DNA of 64,000 nt from the human T2T-CHM13v2.0 reference genome, Homo sapiens. This document shows positions 53,157 through 64,000 of the stretch, piece by piece. Where the stretch lies: NCBI RefSeq assembly GCF_009914755.1, contig NC_060933.1. One strand, written 5' to 3'. The stretch's first letter is position 1, and every line of letters starts with the position of its first letter. The notes beneath the pieces are model-generated. The model saw nothing but the letters and a program-made list of their open reading frames with translations. It was not told where the DNA came from and did not search any database. Position numbers and translations under genes: made by a program.

Positions 53157-55689
53157 TAAGCCCCTGCTAATGGGGAGGTGGCCGGGGACAGGTGTGTTTG
53201 CACTTGCTGTTGGGCTCTGTTCACCCTGCAAGTGGTGCACAGGTGTCCTGTGGGTTGCTGGCTTGCTTCTCTCCTCAGGTGGACGGTCAGATGGTTCAGA
53301 AGCCACTGAAAGCACACTTTGTAAAAAGCTGAATTGACTCCAGGGAGCAGGCTTAGCCGGAACGAAAGGCCTGATTGTCATGCTTAGGTCTGCAGTCTTT
53401 TACCTCTAACTCCATTATTAAAGCCTAAAGGAGCTTGAGAACTGAACCTGTAACCTGAGCTCTAGCTAGGTGTTGGGGGAGGGGAGAGGTAGGGGAAAGC
53501 TGGGGAAAGAGGTGATGTGAGGGCTGGGAGGGTCCTCAGTGGGAACCCCACCTTTAGGGCCTGAGAGACCAAGTGCAAGGAGGGGCCGCACTGGCCATTT
53601 AGAGACATTCTCTTCCATTATTTCTATAAGTGGGGACAGAAGACCAGAGAGCTAAAGTGAATTGTTTAATGTCACCCACCTGTTTCTGTAGAAAACAACC
53701 TTGGAGTTCAGTAATAGCACATTGGAGCGTCTATACTTTGGAATGCTCAGGATACACTAAGTTAAAAAAAAAAAAGCGGGTTACAAAATACATGCAGAAT
53801 CCGATTCTGAGAAAGCTGGGGGAAATTGGAGTGGCTTTCTTCCTAGGAACTGCTTCAGCCTCAAACCCAGAGTGATCTTTCCTTTCTGTCCTCCAGGACT
53901 TCTGATTGCAAAAGATCACAAGGAGGAGAAATCTGCTGTAGGTTATCCCCTATAGGTAGGAGGAACCCAGAGAGGAATTCTAGTGGTGAAGAAATGGAAA
54001 AACTTTGTTAGATCTAGATTCAGGAAAAGGTTGACTTCTATCCAGAGATAGGCTAAAAATATACAATTTGATAGAATTCACTTAAGTTCCCTTGCTCATG
54101 TGAACTTTGATATATTTGCTATGAGACCCACCCTACTCTAAATTTAAGACTTGGGGACTTCAAGGAGTGTTTGTAAAAGACAAAATTCAAACAGCACAAG
54201 TTGGAGTTTACCGTCTTAGGATCCATTGCTCGATATTTTTTAGATTCAACTCAACTAATACTAGTGAATTTATATAGTTTATATATTTGTTGGGTTATAA
54301 TTTCCAGATAACAAAATGTACAGATTTTAAGTGTATATTGTGAATTTTGAGAAATGTATACACTAGGTAAATATGACCTCATTCAAGATGGTCATTTTTA
54401 TCTAAGTCCCCTGTCACACATGATTTAAGTCAAATTCGAAATTTAAACTATGTAATAATTTTGACTCAAACTTAATGTGTTTCTGAATTTGGTATATTTC
54501 TGCTTTGTTTTTCAAAGTTGAACCATATTTTCTTTCCAGTTATAAAATGACATATTTTTTATAACAAATTTAAACAACATAGAAGTATAGAAAGAATGGC
54601 TCTCATAATTCTATCCCCCAAAGAAACATAATTATTAACAGTCTGATGTATATCCATTGAGATTTTATATGTACACACACACGCACACATATATATGTCT
54701 ACTTTTAAAAAAAATAGCATCATTCTATACACGATGCAAACTTTTTTTTTTTTTTTTTTTTGAGACAAAGTCTCACTCTGTTGCCCAGGCTGGAGTGCAG
54801 TGGGGTGATCTTGGCTCACTGCAATCTCTGCCTCCCGGACTGAAAGTGATTCTCCCACCTCACCCCCTGCAGGGAGCTGGGACTACAGGTGCATGCCACT
54901 GTGCCAGGCTAATTTATTTTGAATTTTTTTGTAGAGATGGATTTTTGCCATGTTGCCCAGGCTAGTCAGAAACTCCTGGGCTCGAGCAGGTCCACCTGCC
55001 TTGGGCTCCCAAAGTGCTGGGATTACAGGCATGAGCCATTGAGCCTGGCCCAAACTTTTTTTTTAACCAAATACTTAAATCTATACTACATAGATCTAAT
55101 GCTATACAGACATCATTCCATACCAATACATATATATAATCTTCATTTTTGTGTCTAATAAATGCTTCATAATATGGACACTTTATAATTTATTTAACCA
55201 ACCTCTCTCTGATAACGGACTTTGAGGTTATTTCTAATTTTCCACTTTTGCAAACACTTTATAATGAACATCTAGATTGATTTGAGTTTCTGAATATTTT
55301 CATATGTTAAATTAATATTATATATTGCTAAATCCAGAGAAACTGTACCATTAACACTGTTTACTGAAGTCTGTAAGAGAGCATTTTTTACCCACACTTT
55401 CACATATACTGGAAACTCTTAAATCTCCATTAACCTGTTTGAGAAAAATTATATTTTGTTTTTATTATTATGTCTTTTTAAAAAATTAGTATTTTTGTTG
55501 GGCATCTTTTCAAATGTCAATTTGTGATGTGTATTTCCCCTTTTAATTTTCTTTGTCTGGTCTATTGAGTGTTTCTATTTTTAAAAGTTCATATCAGCCG
55601 GGCGTGGTGGCTCACGCCCGTAATCTCAGCACTTTGGGAGGCCGAGGCAGGTGGATCACCAGGTCAGGAGATCGAGACCATCCTGGCTA

Positions 55690-55902
<213 letters not shown>

Positions 55903-56096
55903 CTAGGCTTGGCACATAGTAGACAGTCATTACTAGCTACGTAACTATGTGCCACTTATGCATATTTGCAACATTTTCACAAGTACAGAGAATAATACAT
56001 TGAACCCCCATATAGGCAACACCCAGATTCCATAACTATCAACACGAGGCCAATCTGGTTCATACCATTCTCACCTACTTCCCACCCTGACCCTGA

Positions 56097-56305
56097 TTAA
56101 TTTCTTTAGTGTTCTTTGTATGTAGGGATTTAAACTTTGTCATATGGTACAAATATTCCCTGCCCCCCTGCAGTTTCTCATTTGTCTTTCAGTATATTAA
56201 TATTTTTGTGCCATACTGGTTTTAAACTTTCATATTGTCACATCTGTTAATCTTTTCTATAGGATTTCTGGATTTTGTGTAATTTTTAAAAAGATCCCCT
56301 CCTCC
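56097..56305 (+). repeat. 209-bp direct duplicate, copy 1 (intron 5)
   Basis: Matches 57506-57714 with 5 substitutions and no indels. Confidence 0.95.
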
Positions 56306-56411
56306 CCAACATCAAAGTTTATAAAAATATTGTCTTTGGGCTGGGCGCAGTGGCTTACGACTGTAATCCCAGCACTTTGGGAGGCCGAGGCAGGTGGATT
56401 ACCTGAGGTCA

Positions 56412-56625
<214 letters not shown>

Positions 56626-57127
56626 TTAAAAAAAAAAAAAAAAAAAAAGGATTACATGCTTTTAAATGGTCTATTGTTCGATAAAGTTTAATATAAATTT
56701 AAAACTTTGTACAGGTACAGTGAGGATAAATTTTTTAAAATTTCCACTAAACTGCAAAAGTGGTTTAACCAACATAAAATTATTCCTGATGAAGGACATA
56801 AAATATCTGTAACCAGTTGTTAAAGTGAGAAGGTGGGTTCTAATCAGATGTGCTCAGTTACTTCCATCTTAGCATCTCTGTTGTAAATCCTTGGGCCTCA
56901 GTCTTCTTGTTTGAGGCCCAAAGGCATTTATTTGCACATTTGTTCCTATTATCCAGCAGGACTATTTAAGAACATTCTAAAACGGGTCCCAAATTGCTGA
57001 AGATTTATCATCCTGCTATTCCAGGGATTGTTGGTAATCTTCATCCTTTCCTAATTAGAAGAGGCCCCTGGGCTGCAACTACAGTCAGCAAGGTGCGTGG
57101 GTTAGACCGGAAGAAGGAGCAGGCTAA

Positions 57128-57373
<246 letters not shown>

Positions 57374-57505
57374 TGGCAAGATGGTGGCTGGCTTCTCTGC
57401 TTATCGCCCCTCATGCAGTGGGCTTCCTTTGCTAGGAAGACAGCCAAGGGAGTTCGAATAGTTGGGGTGTGGGCTATCTTTTCAAAAATCTATTTGCTGG
57501 GGCTC

Positions 57506-57714
57506 TTAATTTCTTTAGTGTTCTTTGTATGTAGGGATTTAAACTTTGTCATATGGTACAAATATTCCCTGCCCCCCTGCAGTTTCCCATTTGTCTTTCA
57601 GTATGTTAATATTTTTGTGCCATACTGGTTTTAAACTTTCATGTTGTCACATCTGTTAATCTTTTCTTTAGGATTTCTGGATTTTGTGTAATTTTTAAAA
57701 AGGTCCCCTCCTCC
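57506..57714 (+). repeat. 209-bp direct duplicate, copy 2 (3' UTR)
   Basis: Matches 56097-56305 at an offset of 1409 bp. Confidence 0.95.
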
Positions 57715-58290
57715 TCCCTAATGTGTCTGTGGACCACCTGGATTCCACTGTACAAGGGGAAAAGTGTCTATTCCTTTCCCAAAGATGGAAAATGGAGGGC
57801 TTAGGGACACTAGATGCATCTTTCTCAGCATCACTTCCAGATGCAGTGACTTGTTGGGCTGCGTCCTTAATGGCCATGGCAGAGCAGTCCCTTGGGGGAT
57901 CCAGCCCTGTACAATGCATCTCTTCCTGGAGAAAGCTGGCCTGCTCCAGACCCCACCATTCCCAGGCGCCCTTGGAGTGGACTCTACTGATGACAGACAG
58001 ACCCTCTGAGAGACAAGACCCTCTGACTCTGTGATGGAAGATGCCAGAGATTTTCCTTTGGGGTAATTGTCCTTAAACAAAACCAAACAGATGAAACACA
58101 CACAGGACTTGTGGCTAAAAAGGCTAGTTTTTCACTTGCATTTCTCAACTAACCCAGGTTTTACATGCATCTGTGAATCCTTTTACTACTACCTCTGTGG
58201 AGAGATGGAGAGACTTCAGATAAACGTGAAGCTAATGAGTAAAACCCTCTCTGCCAAAACCTACACTCCACTTTAGGCCCTTCTTGAAGA

Positions 58291-58333
58291 TGAGCACAAT
58301 TTTTAAATACTGAGCACAATTTTTAAATACTGA
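58291..58333. repeat. Perfect 20-bp tandem duplication in the 3' UTR
   Basis: tgagcacaatttttaaatac twice, followed by tga. Confidence 0.95.
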
Positions 58334-59323
58334 CATCACTTCCTCTTCCCCCTCCCACCCCAGCTCAGCAGCCTCAAATCTACAGAGAAGAAGAATTATG
58401 GCATGAACATTCCCACAGACCCACCATCTTTAAGACTTGACCTCTGTAAGTTTACCAAAGGGCTCCTCACAATTGTGGTGGGGGTTCTGGTTCAAAATTT
58501 GGAGCAAACATGAAGTTTTTGGAAACGTTTTCTCATTTGAAGCCTCCAGTATGCTGTACTATTCTGGAAATTACCTTCAAGAGTCTCACTTCTTGTTTCT
58601 GTTGTGTTTTCTGTGGGCATCATGTTCTTCACGCTTGCAGTAGAAGGTGCTTTCTCGGTTTCCCAGAGTATCCAACGGCTCACCTTTCTCAAGTGCTGGC
58701 AGTAGCTATGCACTCACGGGCTGGTTTGGGTCGCTGGTGCAGCAGCGCAAATCTGTTGCCTTCTGAATTTTTCTCACCTAATGTGACACTGGCTACAATG
58801 AATCTTCTCTTCATCGGGCTGAATGAAAGATTCAAGAACCATCTTCAAGGTGCATGGTGGGAATTATCAACCTCAGGGATACTCATTTTAACTCAGGCGT
58901 GTCCTGCTTTGTAACATTCCATTGTTGGGAGAGGGCAGGACAGGTGTGTTCTTCTGTGGGCAGGAGTCATGTCACTGTCCTACATATGTAAGAGTTGGGA
59001 AGGTGACGATTTTTGACACATCCAGGAACTCTTACTCTAGTTAGAATTTGTACCAGATCCAAGGTGAAAACCCCAATAAGCAACTGAATTTAGAGTTTAA
59101 AAATGAATGACTTTATGCTACATCTGTGGTTATCAAATTATATAGGTTGTTGAGAAGCAGAACGCTGTTTGTAGTAAGAAATCTTTGTGGAACCCCAGTG
59201 TGTGAAGTAAATTGTATGTTATTAAATTTATTTAAGGTTAAATTTATGGCATTTACTTAATAATATATGAGGTGGTGAAAATGCAAATTAACAAATTGGT
59301 AATTTCCAAGGTAGAAAAATTAG

Positions 59324-59647
<324 letters not shown>

Positions 59648-59923
59648 TAGGCATGAGCCGTCACGCCTGGCCTAAAAAATATTTTTAAAATGATCTTTGA
59701 ATTAAATATTCGTAGAATTTCTAATGTATCTCTTTGAGACCTAGGAGGTTGATGGAACAGAACTGCTGTTAAGTCCTTTGGGTTTCAAGTCTAGAATTTT
59801 TTAAAGGCAAATATCAGCTCATTCTTATTTTAGATTGACCTTATCAGGCATGGATTCTGGTCTCATCTACTTTATGGTATAAATGCTCCAAGGTAGGGGG
59901 TTTGGTATATATTTTAAGCCCGG

Positions 59924-59924
<1 letters not shown>

Positions 59925-59954
<30 letters not shown>
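59925..59954. repeat. Poly(T)30 homopolymer in the 3' UTR region
   Basis: Directly visible; not attached to an Alu body. Confidence 0.9.
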
Positions 59955-59957
<3 letters not shown>

Positions 59958-61890
59958 GTGAGAAGCAGAATGTGCTTCTAGAAACTGGTTTTAAAGAGAT
60001 GAGCTGAGAAAGAAATGTGGAATGGAGTATATTTGAGGAGGACAAAACATAACTTCACTTTTGAACAGAAATCACTCTAGCTTGCCAGCATGGGATGTAA
60101 ACCAAGAGAGTAGAAATATACCCATCTTATTTTAAGTTGGGTTTATGGCATCGCTCATATATGTAAAAGCACTACAAACTCTTTAAAGAAAATTGGGAAA
60201 CTACAGAGAAGTCAAAGAAAAAAAAAAGTAACCCATATTTCTATTGCCCAGGTATAATCCTTGTTAATATTTTGGTTTGGTCTCCTCTTTTTTCCCCCAA
60301 TATAGTTGTAAATAAATGATGTCTTTCAGAGTTGACATTTATCCTGTAGCTTGAATGGCATGTAAATGCCAGTTGTATATTTTTTCATGAAGTGTAGGTT
60401 TGGAATACACTAGAGTTAGCTATATGCTTGAATGCTGATCACTGGATTCTGAGACTGACTACTGAGTCTACCTTTTTAATCAAGCCTAACATGAATGGGC
60501 TCCAAAAAGTAATGAATGTAATTGTACTTTTTGATGTGCCTCTGCACTTGGCTTGGTGAGTCATCATAAATAGCTGTTAAATATGTGACTTTACAGATTT
60601 TGATATGTTCAGATTGTAAAAAATGAATAGTTTATTTCATTAATTGATGGGCAGTCAAGAATCTCCCTCCCTTCAGTAGGGCTGACACTTAGGAGTTAGG
60701 TCATGGTTGTGGTTACTTGGCATGGCTAATCAGATTTTGTTCTGGTCAGAATTTGCCCAAGATCAATACCCAGCAGAAACTGGAGTTAGGCTATAAAAAA
60801 CCATTCATGTTTCCGAGTGATCATTTCAGTCAGCGATTCATGTTTTACAGTGTTTAGTTGTTGATTATTAGAAAAAGTAATATTTTCTTCCCTTTATGAT
60901 TACATCATTATAAATCAAGTCCTTCCATGAACACATTTAAGGTGTGTGGAGATGAGATCTCTGAATCCATTTGGGGATGGGCTGCATTTTTGGGGAACTC
61001 TATGCCTGTCCAGTGAAGAGTGCCTAAAACATTAATTATAGATCAAAGATGTTCTGTTGAGGGACAAAGCTTGATGGTCATCAAACACAAGGCTTTGTAA
61101 AAATACGACCACCTATTCCACTTACTGGATCTGTCAGGTGTGTAAAACTTCTCTCGCCAGTTCATCATGCTTCCATGAGCCCTCAGGACTGGGATTTGAG
61201 CCTTCCTGGCTCTTTATCCCTTGGGGCAGACATGGAACCATCTCTGAGGGACCAGGTGGATGCTGAAGCTCACCCAGTCAGGGCCCCTCTCCTAGCTCCT
61301 TTTACACTGAAATTAATCTGAAAGCTTTCATAGCCAAGGCTTTGCCTAGGTGCTATTATTCCAGCTGGCCAAAGAGAAGTCTTGGGCCAGATTGGGATTC
61401 TCAATGGATTTTATAGACATAATTCCCCTGCAAACTTAAAAAAATAAATAACCCCTACTTTATAGGACTAATTGTTTGAATTGTATCTTTCTCTGTATGT
61501 TAAACCAGATTTAAAACTATTTTATAACCACAATATGTAATCAGAGCAATATAGTGTTTTCAGATATATACCTTGTTTTATACCTTATGTAGGTGTCCTA
61601 CATAAGGGTGGCATGCCCACTGGCTGTGGTAAAATTTAATCCTCATTGCTTTGGGAGTGACTTAAGGCCTTTTGAAGTGGAGCTTTTGCACTTTATACTT
61701 TTTCTGTGAACTATGATAACTATATTTGATATTAAAGCTGTAAGTGGCATTTTCAGCAAATGAATATGTACATGTTTGTGTCTATTTCCAAAATGATTTC
61801 TGAACTATCTGCAGTGAAAATGTATCTGATGGATTGTAGAGCAAAGCACATTGCCTAAATTCATTTGTTAATGAATTGGGTACCATTGTT

Positions 61891-61932
61891 ATTAAAAATG
61901 CGTAAAGTAATTGTTGTTCCTTGTTGGTTTCT
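61891..61932 (+). terminator. Candidate distal poly(A) site (ATTAAA plus downstream GU-rich element)
   Basis: ATTAAA at 61891-61896, followed about 15 nt later by ttgttgttccttgttggttt. Several upstream TGTA motifs. Confidence 0.5.
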
Positions 61933-62457
61933 TCTCAGAGCTGTGAAATTAACACATGAAAATATTTCCAGCATAAAATACCTAAGAACAGTTTATTTTT
62001 ACTAAAACTTCTATAGTCATGTCATATAGATATAAATCTCAAATATAGGCCTGGTGCGGTGGCTCGTGCCTGTAATCCCAGCACTTTGGGAGGGGAAGGT
62101 GGGTGGATCACCTGAGGTCAGGAGTTCGAGACCAACCTGGCCAACATGGCGAAACCCCGTCTCTACTAAAAAAAATACAAAAATCAGCTGGGCATGGTAA
62201 CTCGCACCTGCAGTCCCAGCTAGTCAGGAGGCTGAGGCAGGAGAATCACTTTCACCTGGGAGGCGATGGTTGCAGTGAGTCAAGGTTGCACCAATGCCCT
62301 CCAGCCTGGGTGACAGAGCGAGACTCTGTCTCAAAAAAAAAAAAAAAACCCAAAAATCTCAAATATAGAATACAGTTCATTTATGCTGGATTTCATCAAA
62401 TCACTAGAAGGAAGATCGTGACATTTTAAAATCATAAATTTAGCAGGAAAATTTTTA

Positions 62458-62889
<432 letters not shown>

Positions 62890-62985
62890 TTAGACTTTTT
62901 TTTTTTTTTCTGGCAGAGGTGAGGGGACAAGGAGTGGCCCCATAGTTGTTTGGCAATATAAAAGCTGTAGGAAAACGTCCATGTA

Positions 62986-63207
62986 GAGGTTGAGTATCTC
63001 TAATCCAAAAATAAAAAATCAGAAATTCTCCAAAACCTGAAACTTTTTGAGCACCTATATAAAAATCAAAGGGAATATTCCTTGGAGCATTTTAGACTTC
63101 TGATTTTTGGAATAGGGATGCTGTATAATGCAAATATTCCAAAGTCTGATATCTGAAATCCAAGCATTTCTGGTTCCAGGCACTTTGGATAAGGGACATT
63201 CAATCAG
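62986..63207. mobile_element. Tigger4a/MER46A MITE
   Basis: ta|gaggttgagtatctctaatccaaaa...tttggataagggacattcaatcag|ta, with TA flanks and inverted termini. Confidence 0.75.
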
Positions 63208-64000
63208 TATATAATTTTCTGGGGGTTCAGACATCTCTAGTAGCCCATCCAGGTAAACAGCCTCTGCCCAACAGGAGACTAAGCAAGCACTCAAATCCTT
63301 TTGGTGCTGAAATTGGTTACTCAGTCTTCGGGACTGAACTTTTTTGAGGCTGTGGTCAGGGACAGTGGCTGAGGAAGTTGAGAGCTCTGCTTTTGGGGCA
63401 CTGGCACGGGTGTGTGTGCCTCTCTCCCCGACAGTCTGGATTATTTGTTTCTCCTCTTGGGTGACCTCTTTTTCTGAGTCTGGCTGGGAGTTGATGCAGC
63501 CACACCTGCTCCCTTTTCCAGATTGCCCTTTGAAGACCAGAGCTCAGGGGCTAGCCTCTCCCACTCTTTTCTTTAAAGGACTTTTCATTAAAAGACATTA
63601 CATTGAAAGACTGTGTTAAAGAACTATACTACAAAGGGCTGGAGTGGGCAGACCCAGGGTTCTGGCAAGTGACATCTTAGGGCTCCTCAACAAACTGGGA
63701 ACTTAGATTTTTTCCTTGCAGCCTCTTTCCTGGTTTACAGTTTCACAGTTCTTAAGATGGTGTTTGGGTTTGTCATACCGTTCTGTCTACTTTTGTATAG
63801 TTGGATTTTTTCATAATAAGAACTTAAAAGATACGGTATTTGAGATTTTGTTCTCCACTGTCTCCAGAGCCGGTTCTCAGCCTCCTTTCCGGCCCCGTTT
63901 TAAGAGGGCTGGCAGCCCCTCTCTCCCAGAACTTATCTTGTCTCAAGTGGCACTTCTGTCTCTAACTGTCTCCAGCCTGGCGACACCTAGTTTACCTGGG

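Overview
This is primate (almost certainly human) genomic DNA containing the complete six-exon ACER2 (alkaline ceramidase 2) gene on the + strand. The spliced CDS is 15904-16011, 30685-30799, 31523-31664, 41675-41812, 53018-53155 and 57187-57373: 828 nt, 275 aa, all introns GT-AG. The gene has a CpG-island promoter, p53-consensus sites at the start of intron 1 and a long 3' UTR with several poly(A) signals. The rest is repeat-dense: roughly 50 Alu copies or fragments, an antisense SVA in intron 3, a 5'-truncated L1PA in intron 1, MER11/THE1/MLT1/MST LTRs, hAT and Tc1/mariner DNA-transposon fossils, and an initiator-tRNA-Met pseudogene. Almost every ORF in the supplied track is Alu/L1/SVA or microsatellite noise. 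I found no new multi-gene system. The most interesting unexplained structures are: (1) a 209-bp intron-5 segment duplicated into the 3' UTR; (2) a 66-bp inverted duplicate pair 6.2 kb apart in intron 3; (3) a fold-back/template-switch cluster at 36770-36961; (4) an SVA whose 5' hexamer is replaced by an Alu tail, creating a candidate in-frame 21-nt microexon; (5) an overlapping uORF; (6) circRNA-type inverted Alu architecture around exons 2-3. Repeat subfamily names are from recalled consensus sequences, and repeat boundaries are approximate unless a TSD is given.
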